Origin: a phage
DNA length: 64,000 nt
Strand: one strand, 5' to 3'
Sequence record: PX915677.1
Shown: positions 29,749 to 38,661 of the stretch, one piece after another
Position numbering within the stretch: the stretch's first letter is position 1
How the letters are laid out: each line of letters opens with the position of its first letter
Notes under the pieces: model-generated
Databases searched by the model: none
Told to the model about the DNA's origin: nothing
Seen by the model: the letters and a program-made list of their open reading frames with translations, nothing else
Position numbers and translations under genes: made by a program

Positions 29749-29913
29749 TTACCATTCAAGTAAACCTTTAAAGTTAGATTGTTCTACTATCCTCTGATAA
29801 CGAAGATTAGAGTCAGCTTGTTTCTTTAACATCTCATTATATTTATCTCTGATAGAGTCTTTATATACTACAGGTTCTTTAAATAACGAGATCTTGTTCT
29901 TTTCTTCTTTCAT
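29749..29913 (-). CDS. hypothetical small protein
   Basis: Internal ATG of listed ORF 29749..29997, chosen to limit overlap with the phosphoesterase gene. Confidence 0.2.
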   Translation of the reverse strand: MKEEKNKISLFKEPVVYKDSIRDKYNEMLKKQADSNLRYQRIVEQSNFKGLLEW

Positions 29914-30382
29914 CGAAAACCTTCCTAATCTCTTGCAGAGAAACAGCTTTATAATTAATTTGCTCCATTGATGTACAGAAATATCTCCAATCATCAATTA
30001 CATGATTATGGGTATGAGCATAAATATTAAACCTTCCTCTCATTTCATCAGCGTGGATAGGAATATGAGTTACCCAAAACTCTTTATATTTATAATCACC
30101 AGAGATTCTACGGAAGACTTTCATCATATCAGGGAGAAGTTCTAACCTGTCATGGTTTCCTAAGACTAGATGCTTCTCTCCTTTTACTTCAGCGATGATA
30201 TCAAGGGCATACTTTTCAAACACCCAATCACCGGTAAAGAAGATTTTATCTCGCTTAGTTACATGATCAAATGCAGCTAGGATTGCTTTGTCATGTTCTT
30301 CGATGGTTTTAAATTGCTTACGAAAACTACAGATGTTGCGATGACCTAAGTGACCATCTCCTGCAAAATAAACTTCAGCCAT
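29879..30382 (-). CDS. calcineurin-like metallophosphoesterase
   Basis: GDGHLGH, GDWVF, GNHD and HTHNH motifs. Confidence 0.6.
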   Translation of the reverse strand: MAEVYFAGDGHLGHRNICSFRKQFKTIEEHDKAILAAFDHVTKRDKIFFTGDWVFEKYALDIIAEVKGEKHLVLGNHDRLELLPDMMKVFRRISGDYKYKEFWVTHIPIHADEMRGRFNIYAHTHNHVIDDWRYFCTSMEQINYKAVSLQEIRKVFDERRKEQDLVI

Positions 30383-30391
30383 AAAGACCTC

Positions 30392-30607
30392 TTAGATAGT
30401 GCACCCATCGCAAGTTAAATCACCTAGAAGGGATAGAGAAAGTAATCTGGATTGCTCATCACTATATAATTGATCAATCTCTTCTTTAAGTTTTGCCAAC
30501 TCTATGAAATTGATAAGTTGACCATGTTCAAGACAGTCTGTTTTTAGTATAAATAAAACTTCAGCGTCTGTTGAATCTTCACTTGAATATTTATCAATGT
30601 ATTCCAT
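30392..30607 (-). CDS. hypothetical small acidic protein
   Basis: 71 aa, about 22 percent Asp/Glu. Confidence 0.35.
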   Translation of the reverse strand: MEYIDKYSSEDSTDAEVLFILKTDCLEHGQLINFIELAKLKEEIDQLYSDEQSRLLSLSLLGDLTCDGCTI

Positions 30608-30609
30608 TT

Positions 30610-30831
30610 TTATGCCACATCTCCTTGTTTGTTGTTAATAACATCCAGTGCTGTATAAGCTTTACCTGTTCCTAAGTATTCCAAAACTGGAGGACTCTTC
30701 TTTTCTTCAGCGACTACATAAGGTGTGATCTTCCCTTTCAGTACAGCCTGAGATGCTTTAGCACTGTCTTCAGAGGTATGAATAGTGGTAAGCTCTTTCT
30801 TTCCAATCTTATAAGTGTGAATCCAAATCAT
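30610..30831 (-). CDS. hypothetical protein
   Basis: 73-aa ORF in tightly packed operon. Confidence 0.35.
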   Translation of the reverse strand: MIWIHTYKIGKKELTTIHTSEDSAKASQAVLKGKITPYVVAEEKKSPPVLEYLGTGKAYTALDVINNKQGDVA

Positions 30832-30995
30832 ACTTCTTCCTTATATTCCCAATTTCTTTCATAATACCCAGAGTTGTAGTTTAGGGCGCACTTCTCGGCC
30901 TCTTCTATATCATCAGTGTTTAGAATATTCACCCATCCTCCGGCTTCATCAAAACCTTCTTCTTCCTCATTAATCCATACACTATATTTCTTCAT
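30828..30995 (-). CDS. hypothetical small acidic protein
   Basis: Start at MKKYSVW (ATGA overlap with upstream stop). Confidence 0.3.
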   Translation of the reverse strand: MKKYSVWINEEEEGFDEAGGWVNILNTDDIEEAEKCALNYNSGYYERNWEYKEEV

Positions 30996-31168
30996 CGAGA
31001 AGTTCTTCCCCAATCTTTTACATAGCATCGACCGTTAACCCACTTTGTCTCTGACTTAAATTCCTGAGACAATCTCACCTCACAGTCTTCTCTACTGGCA
31101 TCTCCTCCGATATCAATCAGATACAGGAATAGAGCTATACCTAAAGCCCAAAGAATTATCTTCTTCAT
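30992..31168 (-). CDS. small membrane protein (58 aa)
   Basis: MKKIILWALGIALFLYLIDIGG... N-terminal TM; ATGA coupling to upstream gene; not in ORF track. Confidence 0.35.
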   Translation of the reverse strand: MKKIILWALGIALFLYLIDIGGDASREDCEVRLSQEFKSETKWVNGRCYVKDWGRTSR

Positions 31169-31557
31169 CGAATCACCAAAGGCTCTTCAGAGTACACAGG
31201 AGCGGCTATTTCTACAGGAGGTGCTGCCCTAAGGTCATTAAGTCTTACGCCCTTCAGCATGCCGTCTAGGTGGTCCTTTTTGGGGATTCCAACAGGGAAG
31301 TCGTCAATCCAGATATCGACGAAGAAACCTAGCTGTCGACAGACCTCATCCTTCTGCACACCATTACAAAAGATAATAGGAATCTGCAAACACTCTGCAT
31401 CAATCTTAATGTCGTGGTTATCGTACCCATTAGGCTCTGCAAAGCGATAAGTTACAAAGCGTACATCGTAGCCCTTTTCTTGCATTAATGCCACCACAGA
31501 GCGCCACAGCTTTTTATCTGAGGTGTAAGTGTCATCGTAATCTAAACCAATATTCAT
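31165..31557 (-). CDS. HAD-superfamily phosphatase (5'-nucleotidase-like)
   Basis: N-terminal DxDxT motif in MNIGLDYDDTYT; start at ATG 31557 with SD aagga. Confidence 0.4.
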   Translation of the reverse strand: MNIGLDYDDTYTSDKKLWRSVVALMQEKGYDVRFVTYRFAEPNGYDNHDIKIDAECLQIPIIFCNGVQKDEVCRQLGFFVDIWIDDFPVGIPKKDHLDGMLKGVRLNDLRAAPPVEIAAPVYSEEPLVIR

Positions 31558-31573
31558 GTCAAATCCTTTAGAC

Positions 31574-31596
31574 AAGAAAAGCCGCCCGAAGGCAGC
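31574..31596 (-). terminator. rho-independent terminator (minus strand)
   Basis: gctgcc-uucg-ggcggc stem (G-U pair valid only on minus strand) followed by UUUUCUUGU. Confidence 0.55.
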
Positions 31597-31603
31597 TTCT
31601 TAT

Positions 31604-31780
31604 TTAACTGTTCACTTTAGCTTCAAGTGTTTCGTTTTCAATACTCAAGTCAATCACTACACCAGTAAGCTCAACGACTGCTTGGCGAAGGGCATCTTTA
31701 CCCATAGAGTGTACTTGAGATAAGAAGAAAGCTTTACCTTCTTCAGTGGATAGGGTTTCTTTTAATTCAGAAGCAGTCAT
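31604..31780 (-). CDS. hypothetical small protein (58 aa)
   Basis: MTASELKETLSTEEGKAFFLSQVHSMGKDALRQAVVELTG...; SD aggaa; terminator immediately downstream. Confidence 0.4.
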   Translation of the reverse strand: MTASELKETLSTEEGKAFFLSQVHSMGKDALRQAVVELTGVVIDLSIENETLEAKVNS

Positions 31781-31789
31781 TGATATTCC

Positions 31790-31957
31790 TTATGTTATGT
31801 TATAAATTCGCATGATTGTACCACCATTGGCTTCAATAGCAGCAACCATTTGGTTTCGTTCTTCATCCGTGTAAACTAACACACTTCTAAACTCGCCTGT
31901 TGCATCAGTATAAAGGATGTTATATTTTGGAGGCGGTTTACGGTAAATACCTTCCAT
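31790..31957 (-). CDS. hypothetical protein
   Basis: Start at MEGIYRKPP, overlapping upstream stop (TGATG). Confidence 0.3.
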   Translation of the reverse strand: MEGIYRKPPPKYNILYTDATGEFRSVLVYTDEERNQMVAAIEANGGTIMRIYNIT

Positions 31958-32085
31958 CACTCTTTCTCCTCTCGTTCTTTCCACAGTTCGGCTAGCTCTA
32001 GATAGAACTCAGCCTCATCAAGACGACCTTGTTCATTACAGATGGCGCTCTGACGATAACACCAATCCGATGGCATCTCTTCCAC
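31957..32085 (-). CDS. hypothetical small protein (42 aa, GTG start)
   Basis: SD aaggag 6 nt before GTG; MEEMPSDWCYRQSAICNEQG... Confidence 0.25.
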   Translation of the reverse strand: MEEMPSDWCYRQSAICNEQGRLDEAEFYLELAELWKEREEKE

Positions 32086-32140
32086 TTCAATCTCCTTGTT
32101 ACGAACCAATCAATAAGAATAGTTCATTCGTCTTATTTAT

Positions 32141-32335
32141 TCACTCTACCAATGCAGGTACTTCTATCCTTTTAACTGTGAATGTCTTGTTTGGAAACTT
32201 TCGAACTAGCTCTGCTGCTTTGGTTATTGCTAAGTTCTCTGTCTCAAAGATACACAGTTGACCATTTAATGCTACGAGAGTGGAGCCACCACTGAAGACG
32301 GCCCAAGATTCATAATAACCACGAACACTCATCAC
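32141..32335 (-). CDS. hypothetical protein
   Basis: 64-aa ORF abutting downstream of 32332..32700. Confidence 0.35.
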   Translation of the reverse strand: MMSVRGYYESWAVFSGGSTLVALNGQLCIFETENLAITKAAELVRKFPNKTFTVKRIEVPALVE

Positions 32336-32700
32336 TCAACCTCAATATTATATAGAGTTTTCAGTGTATCTTTAATCCAAGCACGTCGTTTTGGATTCTT
32401 ATGATGTGCCCCGTTTTCCCTATCTCTAAAATATTGATCACATCCGAATGGGTATGTTGGGTCAAAAAACTTTTCTTGATTAAACATATTCTTCATGTCG
32501 TCAATATCTAAATGCTTTGTGAAATAGTAATACCTCTTATAACAGCGAAAGTTGAAGCATAATCCTTGATCTTCACTAAACCATTTTGGATAAATTCCAG
32601 TCTTAGCTATTTCATAATATTGGAGGAGGAAATCCTCCATCCCCCTCTCTTTAGCTAAACATCTCAATGTTCTGTAGATGATATTGGTTTCTTTCATCAC
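32332..32700 (-). CDS. hypothetical protein
   Basis: 122-aa ORF immediately downstream of the polymerase gene. Confidence 0.4.
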   Translation of the reverse strand: MMKETNIIYRTLRCLAKERGMEDFLLQYYEIAKTGIYPKWFSEDQGLCFNFRCYKRYYYFTKHLDIDDMKNMFNQEKFFDPTYPFGCDQYFRDRENGAHHKNPKRRAWIKDTLKTLYNIEVE

Positions 32701-32705
32701 TCACC

Positions 32706-34550
32706 TTAGTGTGTATGCATCCAGTTAAGTCCAATCTGACAATCAGATGCCAGAGGACATTCCATATTCAGATACTCGCCAGCTTTCTTAACACAAAGCT
32801 CGGTGTGCTCTTTGAGTTTCTGTACATCATTACGGTTTACTGAGAATTGACCTTCATCGTGCATATCAATTACCTTAGCACAACGAACCTTATCTTTCTC
32901 AATCCACTTGTTAAGGAACATCATAGCATATTTCATAACAACAGCACCAGCACATTGCAGGAGTGTGTTAAGGGCTTTATGAACCATAACCTTACCAGTG
33001 GCATCCCGTCTCATTGTAATCTTACGACCATCAACTCCAATCAAGTATCCTTGAGCAGCTTTCTCTGTCATACGATCAATGAGGATTGCAATACATGGGT
33101 TCTCTGCTAAGAAACGTGCTCGCATCACTGAACCTTCGTCAGCCCCACCACCTACAATTGAACCAAGCTTAGCATCACCAGCACCATAGTTGAATGCGTA
33201 GATAAACGTCTTAGCGTTGTCACGAGTAGGAAGACCAGCAAGTTTCTGGTTGTGGGAGTGGATATCACCTTCAAGGAGAATATCACGATACATAATAGCA
33301 GAAGCTAAACCACGTTCTGCCAGAGCTTTCTTAGCTGGGTTGTTCTCTTCAATTGCCTCAGCAAGCATATCCCTACACTCTTTAATGAGGTAGTGAGCGA
33401 GCATACGAAGTTCAAGTCCAGAACCATCATACCCTAAGAATACTTCTTTACCAGCGGGTATGTAATATTTGTAAGCACCTATAGGTTTATCTTTCTTCCC
33501 CGGCTTACCTTTCTCGTAAATTACGTTAGTACCTTTTCGTATATAACAACCATCAGGAACAACGTTAGTAATAACGAAAGGACGAGAGTGATCACTGTCT
33601 GAGTTATAGTCAGACTCAAACAAACTGCGACACTCGTGACCAAACAGACCACGGGAGGGAATATTAACCACGATACGATGTTTGAATCGAAAAGTCGGCG
33701 TAGCGCAGCTGTTAGCTTCTGCCGAAAGTTTACCATCTTCGCGTTCCTTTGCTATGAGTCCACTGATAAGACCTAGCCTGTGAGCCGCTACAACGCGTCT
33801 CTTAAGCAAACTTCCGACACTCCCTAGCTCACCCCCTAACCCTTCTTCAAGAGTCTCCTCGAGGTTTGTAGGAGCTGTAGGCCACTTGTTTGATGTGGCT
33901 AGTGCTTTCTTAATCTCATCAAACGTTACAGGATTACGGCGATTAGGGTTCAACCCCAAACCAAATACGTAAGCCTTCATGTAATTCTTAGTCTTAAACC
34001 TGAAATGCTTTTCTAAGAACTTCTTAATATCAGCGTCAACCATCTCGGCTGTCTGCTTCTGCTTAGCATTGCCTCGCATCCAAGCAGTATACCATGCTTG
34101 GTATGTTCCATACTTTCTCATATCTTTCTTAATTTCGAAAGTATTCCAAGGCTTCTTAGATACGTTAAACTCTGGAGGAAGGAAGCCCTCATCCATAAGA
34201 GCTTCTTTAACTCGTGCATCTTTAGATGGGTCAAAGTCTACATATTCGACACAGGTGAAAGCTCCACCAATATCTTCTCTCTTCAGCCCAACCCTATCAC
34301 AATAGGCTTGAGGCCACTTCTGTAAAGCTCCAGACTTCTTAAACGGCTTCATATAAGTAGAGCCATCTAATCTCATCTTAGGTAAGAGAGGAATCAACTC
34401 TCTGTCAATATTAACAATAATCTCTTTAAGGAGGTGAACATACCACCGAGCATTTCTTCGGTTGAAACTCACTCCGTGCTTTGCTTGCTTAGAGATTATA
34501 TCAGCGACAGTCATCTCTGTCAAAAATGGAAGAGCGTCCGGGTTGCTCAC
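32706..34550 (-). CDS. DNA polymerase, family A, polymerase domain only (no 3'-5' exonuclease domain)
   Basis: Motif A DGSGLELRMLAHY, motif B RDNAKTFIYAFNYGAG, motif C VIDMHDEGQF. Confidence 0.85.
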   Translation of the reverse strand: MSNPDALPFLTEMTVADIISKQAKHGVSFNRRNARWYVHLLKEIIVNIDRELIPLLPKMRLDGSTYMKPFKKSGALQKWPQAYCDRVGLKREDIGGAFTCVEYVDFDPSKDARVKEALMDEGFLPPEFNVSKKPWNTFEIKKDMRKYGTYQAWYTAWMRGNAKQKQTAEMVDADIKKFLEKHFRFKTKNYMKAYVFGLGLNPNRRNPVTFDEIKKALATSNKWPTAPTNLEETLEEGLGGELGSVGSLLKRRVVAAHRLGLISGLIAKEREDGKLSAEANSCATPTFRFKHRIVVNIPSRGLFGHECRSLFESDYNSDSDHSRPFVITNVVPDGCYIRKGTNVIYEKGKPGKKDKPIGAYKYYIPAGKEVFLGYDGSGLELRMLAHYLIKECRDMLAEAIEENNPAKKALAERGLASAIMYRDILLEGDIHSHNQKLAGLPTRDNAKTFIYAFNYGAGDAKLGSIVGGGADEGSVMRARFLAENPCIAILIDRMTEKAAQGYLIGVDGRKITMRRDATGKVMVHKALNTLLQCAGAVVMKYAMMFLNKWIEKDKVRCAKVIDMHDEGQFSVNRNDVQKLKEHTELCVKKAGEYLNMECPLASDCQIGLNWMHTH

Positions 34551-34566
34551 TTTATACTCCTTTAAA

Positions 34567-34989
34567 TTATTGGTAAAGTAAATCTGTAAATGCTTGATTA
34601 TCTTCTACTACATTCAGCATAGTTGCTTCATCACTATAAGCCCTAACCGTCCCATTGACAACTGTCCAAGGAGGGGGCGGAGGGGGTGTATGTGTAGCTC
34701 TGGCTTCACGAGGTTGTTCTCGTACCAGATGAGCCACTACTCTCTGATTAGCAACCTCTTCCCTTTCTCGAATAGCTCTTTGAATGTAAGCCAGCTTCAT
34801 ACCCCAAGCTTCTTCAAACTCCTGAGGGTGCTTATCACTGATAACCACATACTGACGTTCAGGAATACCAGAGCGAATCTCTGATAATAATTCATGAAAC
34901 AAATCCAGTTCATGCTCAGTGAGATTCATTTCAATATCATCCCACTTTAGAACTAGGAAACGGTTTTGGTGTCTAGCTGGTAATGGCAT
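34567..34989 (-). CDS. hypothetical protein (Pro-rich segment)
   Basis: 140 aa, contains a PPPPPP stretch. Confidence 0.4.
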   Translation of the reverse strand: MPLPARHQNRFLVLKWDDIEMNLTEHELDLFHELLSEIRSGIPERQYVVISDKHPQEFEEAWGMKLAYIQRAIREREEVANQRVVAHLVREQPREARATHTPPPPPPWTVVNGTVRAYSDEATMLNVVEDNQAFTDLLYQ

Positions 34990-34992
34990 AAC

Positions 34993-35277
34993 TCAACCTC
35001 TTGGGAATGGCATCAAAAATTCCACAGCAGATTTAATTTCATTATTGATTCTTGAATCACGATAAGAGATAAACTTACCTTTACTATCACGTAACATTAC
35101 ATGGGTTCTGGCTGTTTTGTGAGGGAGCAATGTGATACTAGTTGGAATGGCATCAATCCCTACAGCGTATTTGTCAATAGTCTTACTTTCAGCCAACAGA
35201 TAAGACCAAGTACGCGGTTTCTGCTCCGGGCGGTTAGGGTATGTGTCCCGAATCTGAACCATAGCTAATTTATTCAT
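34993..35277 (-). CDS. hypothetical protein, tandem paralog 1
   Basis: Shares KTARTxVxLR..GKFISY...A.E.L.PFP.G with 35279..35533. Confidence 0.45.
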   Translation of the reverse strand: MNKLAMVQIRDTYPNRPEQKPRTWSYLLAESKTIDKYAVGIDAIPTSITLLPHKTARTHVMLRDSKGKFISYRDSRINNEIKSAVEFLMPFPRG

Positions 35278-35278
35278 A

Positions 35279-35533
35279 TTAAACTCCTTTAGGGAATGGG
35301 ATGAGATTTTCTACTGCAACACGGAAAGATTTTTCTACGTTCTTATTCTTATAAGAAATGAATTTACCATCAGCACCACGAAGGATTACATTAGTGCGAG
35401 CTGTTTTTGGGTTAATCCCAATCATCCGTTCGATGATCTTGTTTGATTTGTTGTGGTGGTTAGTGAAAGTCCACTTAACAATCTTGCCATCTCTGGTTAC
35501 ATCAAAAATATTTACGATTTTTACAATAGACAT
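35279..35533 (-). CDS. hypothetical protein, tandem paralog 2
   Basis: See 34993..35277. Confidence 0.45.
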   Translation of the reverse strand: MSIVKIVNIFDVTRDGKIVKWTFTNHHNKSNKIIERMIGINPKTARTNVILRGADGKFISYKNKNVEKSFRVAVENLIPFPKGV

Positions 35534-35567
35534 ATTTATTACCTAAGAAGTTTATTTTGGTTTATAT

Positions 35568-35596
35568 AAAAGAAAAGGCCACCCATTTGGGTAGCC
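35568..35596 (-). terminator. rho-independent terminator (minus strand)
   Basis: ggcuaccc-aaau-gggugguc-type stem perfect only with G-U on minus-strand RNA, followed by UUUUCUUUU. Confidence 0.6.
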
Positions 35597-35601
35597 TCAT
35601 A

Positions 35602-35919
35602 TTACGATGAGCTTAAAGCTCCTTTGCGTGCTCCAGCTGCTTTTCCAGCTCGATCACCACTTTTGCCGCCGTTTGAACGGTTTGAGCTGACTGATTCAAC
35701 ACGTAAGTTGCTTGACGCATTAGAGCCTCCAGACTTGACAGCTCGTTTGTGTCCAACGTCTTTACCTCTGACAGCAGCTTTTCCATCGCGCTTTTCAACG
35801 ATGCGACGTGCACGGTGGCGCTGAGCATCTCCGCTCTTGCTCCCAACGCCTGTTTCACCACGGGCAATTGCGGTACGTCTTTCTTGTGCATAATCTCTCT
35901 TTCCTACATGATCTGCCAT
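35602..35919 (-). CDS. basic Lys/Arg/Gly/Ser-rich low-complexity protein
   Basis: SD aaggag; TAATGTATA element 36 nt upstream and terminator downstream; A/T-rich third codon positions match the genome, unlike the overlapping frame 35613..35891. Confidence 0.5.
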   Translation of the reverse strand: MADHVGKRDYAQERRTAIARGETGVGSKSGDAQRHRARRIVEKRDGKAAVRGKDVGHKRAVKSGGSNASSNLRVESVSSNRSNGGKSGDRAGKAAGARKGALSSS

Positions 35920-35955
35920 TTAAAACTCCTTAATATATCAGTGTACACTAAGGAG

Positions 35956-35964
35956 TATACATTA
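35956..35964 (-). promoter_or_regulatory. candidate phage-specific promoter element TAATGTATA (minus strand)
   Basis: 36 nt upstream of ATG 35919. Confidence 0.4.
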
Positions 35965-35975
35965 TAAGTTACTGT

Positions 35976-36713
35976 TTAAGCTTTCTTTTCCATTGCTTTA
36001 ACAATCGCCTTACAGAAACCAGAACGAACAATATCATCTGATTCACCATCTACAATCTCAGCAAACTCATACAGATCGTGTTCATCAATAAAGTTAGTAG
36101 CCCAAGTTAGACCACTCTCGCGACCACGCATATCATGCTGGTTTGTATCACCCATACAGAACAATTGAGAGGTTTCTCCCAATCGAGTCATGATGGAGAA
36201 GGCTTCATCCTTAGTTGTGTTCTGGAACTCATCAACAATAACAATAGCATCATTGAAAGAACGACCACGGAGATATTCCAGAGGTACAAACTCAATGTTA
36301 CCATTTCCGATTTGGCATTCATAGAATCCCTTACCATATCGCTGAGTAATAACATCAATGATAGGCATCAGGTAAGGCTCAAACTTCTCACGCATTCCTC
36401 CCGGAAGTAACCCAAGAGAGTTTCCCATGCCAACCGAAGGGCGACTCAGAATGATCTTCTGAATCTTACCACTCTTCAGTGCATCGATAACCGTGGAAGT
36501 GATTACAAAGGTCTTACCACAGCCCGCAGGAGCGTCTGTGAACACAACTTGTTTAGTCTTAATAGCATTGAGTAGCTCAGACTGAAACTGGTTCTGAGGG
36601 ACTACAGGCTTTGCTAAAACCACCTCTTCATACTCTCGCTTACCTTTACGAGTAACAAGTGCTTCCCGACGAAGGTCTTTCCGTGATTCTTTCCGTGATT
36701 GACGACGACTCAT
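35976..36713 (-). CDS. PhoH-like ATPase
   Basis: Walker A VFTDAPAGCGKTF, Walker B-like IVIVDEFQN; PhoH family size. Confidence 0.7.
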   Translation of the reverse strand: MSRRQSRKESRKDLRREALVTRKGKREYEEVVLAKPVVPQNQFQSELLNAIKTKQVVFTDAPAGCGKTFVITSTVIDALKSGKIQKIILSRPSVGMGNSLGLLPGGMREKFEPYLMPIIDVITQRYGKGFYECQIGNGNIEFVPLEYLRGRSFNDAIVIVDEFQNTTKDEAFSIMTRLGETSQLFCMGDTNQHDMRGRESGLTWATNFIDEHDLYEFAEIVDGESDDIVRSGFCKAIVKAMEKKA

Positions 36714-36895
36714 TTACGCTCTCCAATTTCTTCGTAATGACACTCAGTAGTTAAGCAGTCTTTACAGATTGCTGTATAAACCCTGACGTTAGTAAATCGT
36801 TTGTTCTTCCCTTTGGTTGGAGAGCCTTTGGCAAGCTCTCTGATAACCTTGTTACTTAAGTGAAGGTTTGTTCCTTCACATTTAGAGCACTTCAT
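36710..36895 (-). CDS. small zinc-ribbon protein
   Basis: CSKC ... CKDC cysteine pairs in 61 aa. Confidence 0.4.
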   Translation of the reverse strand: MKCSKCEGTNLHLSNKVIRELAKGSPTKGKNKRFTNVRVYTAICKDCLTTECHYEEIGERK

Positions 36896-37211
36896 GGTTC
36901 ATATCTTTATGAATCCTGTAAACAGCTGTCGCCATACAAGCAACAGCCTCGTTGTGTGGGAGGTGCATCCCTGTAGAACCATCCCAATCTTTGAACTCAT
37001 TGTCAAAGACTCCGGTAGGCTCTGGATATAGAGCTTGCAGCTCCACTAGATCATTAGCAACTTGTTGCCATTTATCATCAGACCAGATAGGGTCATCCAA
37101 CCAGTAATACAAATAGGAATGGATGATCAATTGCCTTCTATGCCGATTTATTACTTCAGCGGGACTTATCTCACTTCCATTTGAAGTCCTAAATGTATTA
37201 CTGTCAATCAT
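36882..37211 (-). CDS. hypothetical protein
   Basis: 109-aa ORF; HSYLYYWLDDPIWSDD segment of unclear affinity. Confidence 0.35.
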   Translation of the reverse strand: MIDSNTFRTSNGSEISPAEVINRHRRQLIIHSYLYYWLDDPIWSDDKWQQVANDLVELQALYPEPTGVFDNEFKDWDGSTGMHLPHNEAVACMATAVYRIHKDMNHEVL

Positions 37212-37393
37212 TTTACAACCTTAAATTTGAATGTTGTTGGGTGGTAATAGTGCAATCTATTGATAGTGTGCTTTGTTTCAAGGTATATCCTGCAAGAGTG
37301 GCACATGACATGGGTCAGACCAGTTACAGGGTTAGGTTTGAAGTTGGCGACAGGCTTCTCTTTCTTACAGAAGCTACAGACTTTCTTTTCCAT
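37208..37393 (-). CDS. small zinc-ribbon protein
   Basis: Start at MEKKVCSFCKK with SD ggag; CxxC...CxxC. Confidence 0.35.
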   Translation of the reverse strand: MEKKVCSFCKKEKPVANFKPNPVTGLTHVMCHSCRIYLETKHTINRLHYYHPTTFKFKVVK

Positions 37394-37607
37394 CTTTTCT
37401 CCAGTGGTCAACGAATTGCTGAAACACTTTATGGTCGAATGTGAAACCGCGAGCAATCCCACATTCTACGAAAGTAGAAGGCATATAGTCTACATCATCT
37501 TTAGATGTATGACCATAAACTTGAATAAGCTTTTTAATCTTATCCTTCTCTCTTCGAGGAAGCATCCTAAATGCCTCCTGAATATCTGTAATATGTTTGA
37601 TTTTCAT
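37374..37607 (-). CDS. hypothetical protein
   Basis: 77-aa ORF. Confidence 0.35.
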   Translation of the reverse strand: MKIKHITDIQEAFRMLPRREKDKIKKLIQVYGHTSKDDVDYMPSTFVECGIARGFTFDHKVFQQFVDHWRKDGKESL

Positions 37608-37619
37608 CAGAAATTCCTG

Positions 37620-37754
37620 CTAATCCTCTGGATTATGAGAACAGCAATACTCACATACCCCGCAACATGGACAAATTTCTACACTTGGGTCATATGCATC
37701 ATCCACTGTCATTCCGCACTTGGTACAGAACACGTCGTCATCTTCTTCCAACAT
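37620..37754 (-). CDS. small Cys-rich protein (44 aa)
   Basis: MLEEDDDVFCTKCGMTVDDAYDPSVEICPCCGVCEYCCSHNPED; SD ggag; TAATG coupling; not in ORF track. Confidence 0.35.
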   Translation of the reverse strand: MLEEDDDVFCTKCGMTVDDAYDPSVEICPCCGVCEYCCSHNPED

Positions 37755-38002
37755 TAATTCTCCAAACAAGAATCATTCATCAGTAGCTCCAAACTATCAA
37801 GTGTGTAGTAATAACCAAAGAATGGGGCTGTTGACTTGGAAACCTTTTTATCAAAAAGAGATTGAGAAAGATTTATTTCTACTCCAGCATCTTCAAGCTG
37901 TTGTTTTGTAGGGTAGTCAGTGAAAGAGCAAAGTACTTCTCTGTCCTCCCCTCTGTCCGTTTCTTCGACACGACTCAGAATCCAAATACTTTTACTAGCC
38001 AT
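37754..38002 (-). CDS. hypothetical protein
   Basis: Start at MASKSIWIL with SD ggag immediately after the ThyX stop. Confidence 0.35.
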   Translation of the reverse strand: MASKSIWILSRVEETDRGEDREVLCSFTDYPTKQQLEDAGVEINLSQSLFDKKVSKSTAPFFGYYYTLDSLELLMNDSCLEN

Positions 38003-38004
38003 TT

Positions 38005-38661
38005 TTAACTCTCCACAGTTTTCTTCAGAGCTGCCCATGAGATTGGGTAGAGTTTAGCCATCTCTTCATCCAGAGATTTAGCAAACACTCGAACTTCATA
38101 TTGAGCGTGAGATGAGAGTCGCTGACGACACAACTCAAACCAGCCATACAAAGAACCAGTCCACACCCACTCAGTGATCATCCCCTGAGGAAGAACAAAT
38201 CGAGCTTGCTCTGGTGCAATAAATTCAATCAACTTGTCATATGCTGCTAGAGAAGCTTCATATGCATCGTTAATCAGCATTAATGCTTCAGCTCGCTCTC
38301 CGTTGATGAGTTGAATCCCTGAACCTGCATGGAGGTCCGAAGGTCTCGCAAAAATCTCTTTAGGGATGAAGACTTCAACTGCTCCATCTTTATACCGCCG
38401 GGACATTTCGTTCCACGAGAATCCAACCTGATGCTTCTGTAGTTGACGAGCGATTGCAATTGGAGCCTTACAACGAAAGGACACTTGTGGGTGACGGAAC
38501 GGAGTGCAGTGTTTCTCTCTAGCCAAGAAGTTAATCAGCCTAGTATCACGATCATTCAAATCACCCTCTCGTACAACACCAAAAGAAACTCTTGCAGCAT
38601 TAACAACAGTTTTATCACTGCCCATAGCTTCAATCAATGTTGCTTGCAATTGTTCATTCAT
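38005..38661 (-). CDS. thyX: flavin-dependent thymidylate synthase (ThyX-like), variant signature
   Basis: ThyX-like ...KHQVGFSWNEMSRRY tail (canonical RHR appears as KHQ) and overall size. Confidence 0.55.
   Translation of the reverse strand: MNEQLQATLIEAMGSDKTVVNAARVSFGVVREGDLNDRDTRLINFLAREKHCTPFRHPQVSFRCKAPIAIARQLQKHQVGFSWNEMSRRYKDGAVEVFIPKEIFARPSDLHAGSGIQLINGERAEALMLINDAYEASLAAYDKLIEFIAPEQARFVLPQGMITEWVWTGSLYGWFELCRQRLSSHAQYEVRVFAKSLDEEMAKLYPISWAALKKTVES

Noticed and set aside
35613-35891. Alternative-frame ORF overlapping the basic protein gene
   Set aside because: Third codon positions are G-rich, unlike the A/T-rich third positions of confirmed genes; the other frame has the better SD and fits the promoter/terminator unit. 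Dual coding not fully excluded
36882-37211. NAD-dependent DNA ligase, based on the HSYLYYWLDDPIWSDD segment
   Set aside because: The ORF is only 109 aa and lacks the adenylation domain; the similarity is confined to one short motif
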